DNA of 64,000 nt, from the NCBI GenBank assembly GCA_040954595.2, contig CM082588.2:5716202-5780201 (forward strand), written 5' to 3'. Source of the stretch: Balanoglossus misakiensis. Taxonomy: Eukaryota > Animalia > Hemichordata. A program made the position numbers and the translations under genes. This document shows, piece after piece, positions 1 through 12,773 of the stretch. The notes beneath the pieces were generated by a model that saw only the letters and a list, made by a program, of their open reading frames with translations, had not been told where the DNA came from and searched no databases. How positions within the stretch are numbered: the first letter of the stretch is position 1; each line of letters starts with the position of its first letter.

Positions 1-2448
1 TTTTGGAACTGAGTCATCTGACAGAAATTAAAGAGTCATTGTAATAAATGTCACATTTTCACAAGGGAAGATTTTTTAACTTCCAAATATCAAAAGTGCA
101 TACAATTCTTCCTCTTTGTTGTTTGTGTGTCACTGAAATCCCCATTAAGATATGACAGATTAACATTGCTACAGGTCCAAGAAAAATATGTTGATGCTAA
201 ATTGGTAATAACCTACAATAAAATATATGCAAATCATGAATTTTTACTTGAATTCCCCCACTAATGAAATGAAAACTGCTTTTGACAAATTTTCTGATTT
301 CAAAGAGTTGAAAAATACACACAGATTCCACACATTGAGCCTTCCTGATCAAGTCCCTTGTAAAATTTATGACCTTTGACCTCTGGTGCTGACTGACGTA
401 TATAGACCACCAATGATTATACTCTGAACAGCTGTCTGTCTTTGCATTCTCTCTGATCCATTTCAAAACCTGTGTATGTAATCAATCATTTCTGCCAATT
501 CTTCTCATTAATTCTCAATCTCTAATAATATTTCTTTCTTTTTTTTCCAGTAAAGGTGGAACTTTTGCAAAAAATTGAATATAATAATGGTGTTCAACAA
601 TGCAGTAATTAATAAGATAGTTTAAAAATAAATTGAATAAAATGTAATTATTTCAATTTGAATAGTAATTATATAAGGAGCCAATATAACTGCTTCTTTA
701 AGTTGACCATATTGATGGCATGGACCTGGTAATGTGTCATAATAAAAATGTACATCAATGATATGATCACCCTGTTTTCCCAATGGAGTGTCCTGATGAC
801 AATACGGAGATACCAAATGCTGAAGGCTACGGGTGTAACGGCTGTGCGTATGAGGTGGTAATTAATATCTCAATAATCCTGCAGACATCAGCATAATGGT
901 ATTTTCATTGAAATAGTTTGCTTTCAAGGTGCCAAAGTTCAAAGACCTCAATTACTAATTGCCCTGGTCCTTCTTTTTGAAGGGGTCAAGAGGTCAAACA
1001 TTTTGAGCAGATGGGTGAAAAAGAAATGCATGTAGGCTGAGCTCTGCATGAATGTGTGTTATGTGGCGTTTACAGGTTTGGACATTTTGCAGGATTACGT
1101 GAGTGACTGCTGGCATATTTTTGAATTCCATGCCAACAATATCGCAGTGCAGAATATATCGTTGACAAATCCCAGCTTTGCCGGTCGCTGAAACCTAGTT
1201 TGTATGCACCAAGCTGACACAAGCTTTATTTATGAAATATAGTCTTTTTGTGTTTAATTTATAAGTGCTTTTGTTCATTTGAATATTTATATGTACTTTG
1301 GCCACAATCATTAGATGCAATGACGCAGTATGTAAACCAGGGTCGATGCATTTCAATTCAATCAATCAAATGTCACACTACAGAATTTAAGTACATATAC
1401 CAGATTATGATGGAACCTTTAAAGTTTACAGAAATGTTCACTTTATGATTGATATTGTCCAGATTCTTGGAATACCTTCATGTCGTAACAGCTAGTTTTA
1501 CTGACAGAGTTGTTTGAGAGATCGAGATATGATGGATCTATGCTTTTCCTGTCGAATAAATTTCACATCAATCCTTGTCAAAGGCTTGATATATACAGAC
1601 GTTATCTTTGAAAGACACGGAGACAGCTGTCCTTACTAATAGGCCACAAATAAACAAATTAAAGATGGCTAAGGCTTCACTGGCAAGCTGCCATTTAGAG
1701 AGTTTGCATGGATGATGAAAATGGCTGTGGTGCTGTCAATCAGTGCGATGAGACAATTATTTTTCAAAATTGGAAAATTGGGGTGAGGGATAAAAGACTG
1801 AAGTTGTACTGACCAAAACATTGTGTCTGCCATGCGATAACATCATACCACTTCAATTTGCAATTGTCTGACTCGCTCAGGTCTTTTAGTGATCAGACTT
1901 TAATGCTCAAATAGTGAAAGTTTTACATTTTATCAGACTACAAAGAAAAAAAAGTATCACTCCCACAATGTACCATATTCCAAAACTTATCAGATTTCAC
2001 TGGTGTCATGAACCATATGACACAGATATATCTTCCAATTAAAGTTTTGTTTTCAGTGCGACCAAATCTGTTAATATACATGTTTGACTAGCAGGGCAGT
2101 ATTAAAACTTTATGATGGCACCCTGATAAACGTGGCAGCTTTTTTCTTGAATTATATATATACCACAGCTGGTGAATGTTTGAGAAAAGTTGTTCACATA
2201 TTTTTTGTAAATTACGTTTTTGGCTATACTACACAGATATTTTATTAAACACCATGGTAACAAGATGCTGTTAAAATTGAACCCAGCCAATGAGACTGAA
2301 GCACAATAGTGAACAGTTTATGTGGCAGTGGATGCAAATTAGACAGAGACAGATTTTCTGTGTGTGGTCAGTGTGTACAGTGACCTACAATGTTTTATTG
2401 CTTGCCCTGGTTTGAAAGATGATAAGCACAAGAGGGCCACTCTGTATT

Positions 2449-2602
2449 TAAGGTATTATGCACCTCAAAACCAAAGCCTTTAATTTTTTTCTAATATTTT
2501 GCTCATGGCATCTCTAGATATTGAGAATAAAAAATTAGGGGTCACCATGCACAATTAGGAATGAGAGAGTGACATTATTTCACTTTTGAAATTCAAAATG
2601 GA
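2449..2602 (+). mobile_element. Possible degenerate non-autonomous interspersed repeat fragment
   Basis: taaggtattatgcacctc...ggggtcacc...ttgaaattcaaaatgg resembles a short repeat type recalled from similar genomes. There is no second copy or TIR in this window, so the call is weak. Confidence 0.25.
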
Positions 2603-5600
2603 TGAGGTATATGTACTACTAGACTTATGGAAGATGGAGAAAAATAAAGACCTGCATGCAATGGTTTTGCCAACTCTAGCTAGTTTGCAAATACTGTTGC
2701 ATTGTGAAGAGAAACATACCTATAAATTTAATTTGAATGTTTTCAGTGTCCATGGAAATTGTTTAAATAATTCTGTGCAAACGTCGAGTGTGTGTCCACT
2801 TCACTTGACATATCACAGAGAAATGTCAGGTTGACCTGACACGCAAGGTCGCATGTGTGCAGTCGTGGACATAAAAAACAACAACACATGACACGAATTA
2901 ACATGTGTAGAAATAAATCTCCCAGGAGACGTATCGGGTTTCCCTTGATCTGACTGAGGACACATCCACACCCCTGTCTGACTTTCCATGCTTTGGTTCC
3001 CATTGTTTTCTGCCTCCCGCACAAAGGGGACTGGGTGCGCGGAGTGAGGTCAGAGGTCGGCCCTAAATCTGGGATCGTTTTACTCCGATCGACAATAGGG
3101 ACTCAGTGTGGGCGCAGACCTAGACACAGGACACTAAACCCCCAGACGGCATGTTTGCATCAAAAAATGCATGGGAAAGCACTGACTACGTCAAAGTCCA
3201 CCAGCCTTCTCTAAAGTATATACATTAACCAGCTTAAGTCAGTCATCATTCACCAGGACTTCTCATGAAATAATTTGAGTTCAAATGAAATGTATGTGTA
3301 TATATATAGCTGAACAACTCCTTACAGACAATTAAATTCTGATACTACGGTAACTGTGACAACAAATAGGCGAAAGTCTAGGAACGCCAGGAAAACTGCC
3401 AAGCATTCTTTCCAACCTTTAAGTCCATTTTTTCTCTCTCTCCATCTCCCAAAAAATGATAACAATGCCATGGAATCTGATGGACTAGCACTGGCAATGG
3501 AATGCCAGTAATGGATACAAATCACATGTAATCAGAATGTGTCATCCGTGATTAACAGCTTTTGTGACCTAGTCTAGATTTAGCTGCTGGAGGAACCGGG
3601 ACAAGCAAAAGGATACATCAATGATCAAGATATTCCACATTTGTACATCAAGGGTGCATAGAAGTCATAACGTCTATGGTTTACTGCCAACGTTAGTCTT
3701 ACTAATATGCATACATGCTGCTCCATACTCTAAGAAACATGCACTGTGACAAATCTCACAAATTTGCAAGGAGTTGTGGGATAAAGGCAAGGTTAGGAGG
3801 CCCACAGACATTCTTTTCCAAATGGTCTGATATACTAGTATCCTTCACTTTGTGCAAAAATGGTAGCACTGGATTTGAAATACTTATATGAATGGCTGTA
3901 GAATACATTACGATATTTTCTGTAAGTGCACTGTCCATGGGTACCAGTGATATAGGTGTTTTGTGTGCTACATGTATGTCAAACATCTACATGTACATGT
4001 ACCGTACATGCACAATCAAGACATTGGTCTATGTTTGCCATTTGCAATGACTGGCTATATGGAAAATTGGTAAAGCTCTTGATGACCAGGTGACCGAATT
4101 CCGAATTATCGGGGGAAAGAGGAAGAGGTATATATATATTTTTAAGTCTTGACATTGGATGAGGGTATAAATTAACACCCATGACTGCTAATCAGAAATT
4201 TCTGTAACGGAATGCGATATCTGGGACTCACGGACACCATCCTTGTGTCTGGTGAACTCACAATAACATTACATTGGATGTGACAGGGCACAGGCAGTGG
4301 TTATAACCATGCATGCAATTCTAATCCACACTGAACCAGATGTGCGGGAAAATAACAACCCTCTTCAACATATCCCGGATTTCTCAAGAAGTGACTCAGT
4401 ATTCACACATGCTACTTTACGTAGGTACACATGCTGCATAAAATATACACATTTTTCAGCAAAAATCATTTAATGTTTATTTTCCATTTATTTACAATTT
4501 CCTATAAATATTTTATCGGTTTGAACTTCCAATGTAAACCGAGTAATAATGGCAGATTTAATGTGAAACACAGTGAAGTATATTAGGGTTTTGTTACAAC
4601 AAGTACAGGTTTTGAAAGGGTTCATAAATGATGGCGACTGACCCCATGAGATCCCACTGGTATATTAACCAAATTGGAGCTAAAACAGATTACACTCTCC
4701 ATGCAAGAATTGACCTGGACACAGATCAGGTCTGTCTGTCTGTACCAAATGCAAGACTTCCCATACGTCTCAATTTTAAGATGAAAAATATTTCTTTCAA
4801 ATCGATCTTCCAACCTAATTCAGGACATATGCTCCATCTCAGGTAATACCTCCAGTGATGTCAAACGCAAGTCAACTTTGACCCCAGTCGTCCAGCATGT
4901 CCCAGTAATACAGCAAGCAGACCACAGAAATGCGGCCCCTAGTGTCAAAATGGAAACACCTATCCCTTTTTTCAACACCACGGAATACGATACCCTGGTT
5001 GATTACGCTCGTATGTGACACTAGTGTCAAAAGCTGCCGTGAAAGTATGCAGCTAACCGCAGTCAGGATTAGACAAATTTACGAGACGCTTTCAGTCAGA
5101 ATGTTTGTCGGTTCGAAAATAAAGATTATTTTATTTTTTTTGCTCTCCGCAATCTGCTGAGCGCACTGCAGGGATCTGCCTTGGCGCCGCTTCGAGAATA
5201 TTTGAAAATAAAATTTGAGATAAAATTACAACTCAGTACGATTACAGAAGGCTTGCACTGAAAAAGTATTTTGAGAGTGCATAGTTCTTTCATAATCATG
5301 AAAATATTGCGGGTATATTTAGAGGTGCTGCTCACTGTGCATCCTCGGCTGTGGTAAAAGTTGTGTACAGTGTATTTGATAAGGGTCATATGAGAATAAA
5401 AAGAAAATATTTATTTTTAATTTCATCTAAAAACACACATCAGAAGATCTGGTGAGATTCATTAATGATGCAATGTTCAAGAGAATATAGTTTTGTATTC
5501 TTGGTTATCACTCACTATCTTTTCCTTAAAAATCAAAGACTTCCATCGTTAAGAAACAAAATATATACAAAATACAGTATCACGTGATCAATCAATGTCA

Positions 5601-6004
5601 AACTGAAGAAAAAAATTCAACACACTCGAGGAGGCGAAAAAAGCATACGAGGAATGTTTCCAACGAGGTTCATAGCTATATCCCAAGGCCATCGAGTGGC
5701 ATTTTGCTCCGAGAGAGAGAGATGCATGTAGCATCTTGACAGACACAAGTCAGCAGAGGTCATAAATCCAACCTCATAGTATGTAAAAAATGCATGATTA
5801 GGATGCATATTGCATAGTTTGCTCAGTCTATCCTTCCATGGAGAGATAGTGTAACGTTACATCCAGGCGGACGGAATTTTCTTTTTTTCTTCGCAAATAA
5901 GTCCACTGGCATACTTGTCCCAATTTCGGGCATCGGACGGGCTGAAATACGATCGCGACGTTGATCATGGTGTTTATTCTCAATTTGTACTTGCGCATGC
6001 ACAC

Positions 6005-9000
6005 TTATCTGATGAAGCTGACGGGGGTGATGGGCGTCGGTCGTCCGGTCGGGGAATTGTGGGTCGTTGCCCGTGACGGCGACGGCGCCGTTGGGGTGAT
6101 TTCCCCGGAAACAGTGATTTCATACGGGTCGCTCTTGCTGGCTAATATTTTCAGCTTGTCCTCTGGTGAAAGAAGAAGAAAAAAGAACAACATTACACGA
6201 ACATAAAACCTATTCAAATTCAGTCTTTGAGAAACTGACAGTGAAAGATGTCTAAAGCAAAATCGACCAGGATGATGGCAACTGTAGAAATGGGCTTATC
6301 ACTTTCATGTTGTCCGCAATCTGAGCAAGAGATTCAGGGCAAATGTGTCTCATGCAGCCTGCTTTTTTTCCAGAGTACGGTATGCCAAAAGTCACGCATT
6401 GTACTCACCGACAATTTTTTCAGAGTTTGCACTCGTTGCAACTTCCTTCCATGATGATAAATAACTGAAAGATTAAAATAAAACAGTTGAGCTTAGACTG
6501 TGATCCAATGCAGTGAGTGCATGGAGAAAAGCAGATGAGTTGGACACGCGATTTATTGCTCTGTATGCCTGTTGATTTGACATTTTTTTTGTAAATTTAA
6601 CAGCATTTCCAATTTCCTGGGAGATGTACAATTAGAATCTTATATGTAGACCTCACAACCATGGGTCAAGTGTAAGAAGAACACTATTAGAATCACTGAA
6701 GTCCTTCAAACTTGTACTTAAAATACTCCTGAGGTAAACGAGACCCTGCAATCTCTGTAGTCTCCTTGAGAGTGTGTGGAAGGAATGCAATGCGATTGGG
6801 CAACCCATCATGCTCAAGGTCAGCGACCCAAACACTTTCACTCATGACCTTCTGTAGAGCCCCAGGGTCTGAGAGCAACACCAGGCAATCAAGATAATCA
6901 AAAGGAGGACAATATTAATAACAGCTTGTGTGCCGTGTATCTTCAGCCTGCACTAGGATTTTATCCCACAATGCACAAGTGCCTATGTGATCAATCATTA
7001 GAAGAATTCTCCATAGGGGAGGTCTTGATGTTTTATACTGTACTGTACTGTACTGTACTGTACTGTACTGTACTGTACTGTACTGTACTGTACTGTACTG
7101 TACTGTACTGTATTGTTTCAGTTTTATTATGTCAGTGTAAGAATTGGACAAGACCAGAATATTGCTAGAAAGTACTTTGCACCACTCATTGCAATTACAT
7201 GTAATTCCAACTAGGCTGTATTTTCTGCATGGTAATTTTGCTTATCACAGTAAGAATGACAGATCCCCTCAACAACACTAGACACTGCATTCATGAAGTG
7301 TTTTCAAAATAAAAGTCCAGATTACTCCATGGTGACTGCCCACGAGAAACTCTGCCACAATCTAGAACTTTCGAGCCTTGCCATCAAGGAATATGTATTT
7401 CACAGGCAGCTAGGCCTGGATCAGTCTGCATTCTTCTTGTCTGCTGGACACATGGCGAGCTGCCAGTGCGGTCGATGTGCAGGCTTTCACATCGTCTCCT
7501 AACAAGAACTAAGGTCGCATCCCCTGCTTGACCTTTGGCACCGGACATATGAGAGACAGCCTTAAGAAACGGCGTACTGGAGGATATAAACTGTATACAA
7601 GAGGTGCAGAGAGAGCTTGTCTTTCTCTAAAGGGCATGTATCAGTTTGACAGTTGGGTTATATCATTGATTTTGCTGTTGGCAACGTGACAGGTTACGTT
7701 AGAATTTTCCACTGATGGAAACAGGCAAGATGGGCTTGGTGCCATGGTGACTTCAACAGCTAAGGGTGGATGTACCATATGGAGTATAAAAGAAAGCTGG
7801 AATTTCCTTCCTTGGACAACAAACATGTCCCTGGCCACCATGATCAAATTTCATTACAGTATGTGACATACAATTTTATTCTCGTCCATAATAGTTAATG
7901 GTATTTTATTGGCAAAAATGGGCTTGTCATGGCTTCGAAAGTTCAATGTATTATTATAGGCACGGTACCAAGTATACCAGTATACTGCAAAAGATACCCC
8001 CCCCCCTCGTTTCTCTCCCCTTCCCCTCCTGTCTCCCCCTCTCACTATGTGCCCTTTTCCTTTATAATGGGGTAACTGATTTCCGATACTCACTCATCAA
8101 AGTTAAGTGCATTGGTCCAGTCCAGCAGTTCATCAACTTCCCATTCCTCCAAGGCCTGCGGTCCCTCGGCTTCAATGGTTTCAACCATACCCTGAGCAGC
8201 GCCCTCAATCAGGGTGATGGTCTCCTTGTCGTTACTTCTCGCCTTCATCATTCCTTCGCGATACCTTTTAATTTAGGTGACATAAAATGGGGAGAATTAA
8301 TGATACAATTCTCCAGTGACGGGGCTTTAATTAGAAAGACACTAAATCACTAAACTTAGCAATCCTATCACAGAGTTTTTGTATTCCAGGACAAGCAGTT
8401 CACATTCACTCACATCTTTTGCATCCATTCCACTTTCCTCTGCTTTCTCTTCTTCTCAACATCTTGTCGTCGTTTGAGTTTGTCGTGATGGAACACTTGT
8501 TTCCTCTGTGAGCTCTCCCATGTGATAGGATCCTGGTCGATCCTCTGCAGCAACTGATAGAGAAAAAAAATGTTAGTAGAGTTGACTTTTGGAAGTACAG
8601 AACACTGAACAGCCGAAATCACACACAAGAACATCACAGATTTGCAGGTTAAGAATACACAGTTCATATCTGTAACTCTGAACTCACACTTCAGAACTGA
8701 CACATGATAATGTTTTACTTTGGAGTAACCCTTCGCTATCCCTCATAAGATGGACAATTCCATTGCTATTTTAGGGGTAATGGTGTATCTAACTTACTCT
8801 GTCTGAAACAAGCCTCCATCCGTTATTGTCTGTTCTCTCATACCAACCAATCTTTCTGGTCTCTTGTTTTCTTCTCGTCTTGTTGTGCACCTCCTTGGCT
8901 GCTTTTCGTTTGGCTTCGGCCCGGGTGTAGTCTTTAGGACTGTTGGCGCAGAGGTCCTCGATGGGTCTGTGTGTGAAGATTTTGTAGTAGATGTTTGGTG

Positions 9001-10764
9001 GGAACCTCCCCTGTAAAAAGAAATTACATGAGACAAATCATCAATTCACTGAATTCGGTTAGTTGTCATTGTTAGGGCAATGAATCAGCCTCTGACTGGG
9101 AGAACCACAAAATGGATGGATCCACATTTTTCACTGATAATAACAAAACCAAATCAAGCACAGTGGCAAAAGGTGTATCTGCAAATAGCTACTATACAAC
9201 AATATTAATTAAATTTTCTGCAAAGATAACTGTGGTCACTTCTTACCCCTGCCAGTCGGAAGCGGATATGGACGCCTGCTGCAGCATCAAGCAGCTGGGC
9301 CTCTTTCGGGTTGATACACCGCAGCATCATCATCGGGTTGCCACGGTTACGGAAATTGATTAGGTCCCTGTAGTACCTGTATACTTGAATGTCCTGTAAC
9401 CAGACATGGAGAAGACCAAAAATTACTAGGGCTTTCTGCTGGGAGGTATAAGTTTAACCCTTTCACAAACAATGGTTCAGCCCCAAACCCAATGTTTTCT
9501 ATGGTAAGGTTGGACCTCTATAATAGGGAACTGGGGTGAAACGGTTAAAGTCGCACGATTGAAAAACCAAACAAGACTCACAATATGTCGTCTCCAGGCC
9601 CTCTGTATGATGATAGCTGAATCGACTCTATCAAGCGGTTCCGTGCGCGTCTTCTTCGAGGTCGTCGACTGCCTGGAAATCGGTTCGGACACCAACGTCC
9701 CCTGTTGCGATGGCTGCTGCTGCTTAGTGGCAATTCTGACAGACTTTATGCTGCCTGGTTGTGTACCTGATCTGATGGAGGACTTGGAGCCAGGCGGTTT
9801 CTGCGACGTTCTGTGCCTGACTCTCATCCACCAGTTTTGAATGTAGTTTGCACAGAAGTCTTCAAAGGATACAATGTCAGTTTCTCCTGCTTTTTCCTTG
9901 TTTTCACGGTATCGCCTGTAGTAGGTTTGTAACTTGGATTTGGAGGCACCAGTGGATCCCTAGTTTAGGGGGAAAAGAAGATATGATGGAATTCATTATT
10001 TCTCCATTAGCTGTAACTTTTCACTGTGTTTTCAGTAATTTTGTATTTTGTATCTACTGCAGTTTCTTGTTCAAATTCCTGAAATAAGTTCAACACAACA
10101 TTTATGTGTATAGACAGCAGTGTACAACAAATCTCTGAGCACCTCATTACTCACAGATGGCAAGCGGGTCTCCTTGATTGAAGACATAGACGGCGTCTTT
10201 TCCTCTCGATGGTGGCTTATTTTGGCGTGGCTTTGTGTCGGGTTTGCTTGGCGGCTGATCCGAGGATGCACAATGGCAAACACGCGACATCTATCCCCAA
10301 AGAAAACAAATTGAACCTGATCATATGACTGTCCATATTTAAAAGGAGTTATTAAAATTAAACATGAAAATCACTGAAAGGATCTATGGTATAAATTATT
10401 GACATTTACAATACTGCCCTACCTTGCCCAGTAACCTCTCCATATTCTCTGTATTTCAATGGCAGCCGCACTTTTCTTCTCAGAACTGCCACCGCTTTGC
10501 TGGATGAGAGTCCTTCGTAATGACTTAGGGGCGGCTGCTAGCTTGGAATCTCGAAGGCTGGTGTCCTCGCCTGTTTTTTGAGATGCTAACACAGAAAGGA
10601 GTGACGTTAGCCAGTTAGCTACCCCTATTTATAGAGAAGCTCCACACACAGGGGTACAGGGAGTGGAGGGACTCACTGTGTATTTATTATTTATGAACAT
10701 AGAATGACTAACCTGGAAACTCGACAGAGTTCAGAAGCTTCTGGGCGTCCTGTCTTGAAAGCAT
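6005..10764 (-). CDS. C11orf65: C11orf65/MFI (mitochondrial fission factor interactor) orthologue, IQ-motif protein, ~541 aa, 10 coding exons
   Basis: Exons (minus, all GT-AG, phases consistent): 10764-10713, 10585-10423, 10290-10143, 9959-9582, 9393-9247, 9010-8798, 8553-8414, 8264-8094, 6464-6409, 6162-6005 (1626 nt). Translation includes IIIQRAWRRH, INPKEAQLLDAAAGVHIRFRLAG, FPPNIYYKIFTHRPIEDLCANSP, GWYERTDNNGWRLVSD, KLKRRQDVEKKRKQRKVEWMQKMY and EWEVDELLDWTNALNFDDYLSSWKEVATS. These match vertebrate C11orf65 blocks recalled from memory. Confidence 0.92.
7036..7112. repeat. (TACTG)n pentanucleotide microsatellite
   Basis: Direct inspection; lies in a C11orf65 intron. Confidence 0.97.
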
Positions 10765-11719
10765 GGTGTGTCAACGATTCTAATGTTGTATCAATTGCTC
10801 ATCACAGAGAGGATAGTCAAGAAGAAGCCTGGCTGCCGATTGCGATTACCCTGGAGTCGAGACGACGCGAGAGGGGGCAGACACCACACGTCAATCTTGA
10901 AGTCCTGTAGCTGTACTTTGAAACACGGGATCTAGTTCCCAGCAGCGGTCATGGTGTCAGCACAGTACTACACGCATATTAACAAATTAACTACCTGCAA
11001 AACCCATAAAGAATACCAAATTGCAACGTGATCAAGTTATGTGTGATTTCTGCCAAACATCAGACACGTTGTTTCTAAGGTAAACAACGATCGAAGATCC
11101 GTTACTGAGGACGGAAAATCACTGTTCATATGCTGCCAGAATCATTAAACTAACATATTTAGAAAATATCGGACCATGTGTAGGTGATCTGATGACTAAC
11201 CTTAATGAAGAATGTTAAAATACACCAAAAATCCAGTAAATGTAGCCCAGCTGTACGATTATGCTTGTTGGGTTCGATGTGGAAACACCAATGACGTCAC
11301 GAGGTCAATTCATTGGGTCACATTCGATTCAACTGCGCATGCCCACCATTTCCACCTGTTGATTCAAAAGTTCCTTGAAAAAGGTCAAAGAGATGCGACT
11401 CAGTTATGACATGGGACAGGACAGTAATTCCTGTTCTGAAATTTTTAATGTCACACCAACGGCAGGAATGGCAAAATGCAATGTAGAAATATCACATACT
11501 ATTCGGACAGTGTCCACCAATAACACTTTGAAGTAAAATATATCGCACACGAACGCGAGAGAAAATAGTTAAGCAAAGTTCCTCGAACAACATTTTGCTC
11601 AGATAATTTCTCTTGTCGTCTGCTGCGTTGGTCAGAGAAAGGTCAGAGATGCAGACAAACTTTATAGGCCGGGTCAACAAACTAGTCTGTCTGGTGACTC
11701 CAGAGCGCAGAATGTAAGT

Positions 11720-11782
11720 GACCAATCACAAGCGCTGTGGTGTACCTGGTTCAGATGTGTGGAAAGTAATCGACCAATCAGA
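11720..11782. promoter_or_regulatory. Pair of CCAAT (NF-Y-type) boxes in the divergent intergenic region between C11orf65 and mucin A
   Basis: gaccaatcac (~11720) and gaccaatcag (~11771) fit the NF-Y consensus. Function is not shown. Confidence 0.35.
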
Positions 11783-12773
11783 ATAGCCGAGGTTCACCGC
11801 AAAGTCAGACATTTAAATTACATTGCCAGACAGTTTTCACCTGTTGGTTCAAATCTTCCTTTGGGAAGGTCAACGAAATTGGGACGCGGATAGCCTCCTC
11901 TGATACGAAATTTTTAATGTCGCCACCTATGGCTGGTATAATAAATAGCATCATAGAATGACACGTCATGTCATATGCAGAGAGTGTGGGAAGTTTTAAT
12001 GACGTCACCCACAACTTCCTGAACTGAAGCAGAAATTAATCCGAAGAATTTTGCTAAGTAAATTTCCACTTGTGCGCGGCCGAGTTTTGTTGATTTTTTA
12101 ACTCTTGTGACGTTGAGAATAATATCTAACGTGTTTAATTTTTTTTCCTCGCGAGAAAAAATACTCAAGACCGCCGCACACGACACTAAATAGGCCAAGC
12201 TAACTTAAAGCATTTGCATAAACTTTGTGAACTAATTAATGGTGACCTGCGTCATATGCAAATTTTACATATTTCTTCTTTATGTTGGTTGGGACTTCAA
12301 ATATTAAATACCTATAGACCTGCTCCGACAGTCAACAAGTCAATGACTATCATGGGCCTATAATATGATAATATAGTATACGACATCAAAATCTTCAATA
12401 TGAGAGTTTTTCGCAGGAGACCATAGAAACTCCAGCAAAGCCACCAACACTTATCTTTTAATAAATACCTTAAGTAACATTCCAAAACCGGGCGGTGTGT
12501 TTGAAACGTTCATAATATACAACCTTCCCTTGAGAGGAATATCGGTTGCCATGTTCCCGCCCTGTCAAATATATCAGCCTACTTTCTATATATGTGTAAA
12601 TCACTCGTTGAGTATACGTCCACGCCTGGTGATGGGCGATTGCAGGAAAACTTCGCGGCACGAATCACGCACTACCCGTTCACATCACACGACGTCGGCT
12701 GGATGACGGTCCTGTGCTTCGGAGCTCGAAGATTCAGTTTTTCTGGACCGGGAATACCGTAGCCGACCAAGAT

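Noticed and set aside
6653-7590. Short minus-strand ORFs and an acceptor-like site in the long C11orf65 intron
   Set aside because: No recognisable homology, and the in-phase reading stops quickly. The conserved sequence continues in exon 6464-6409.
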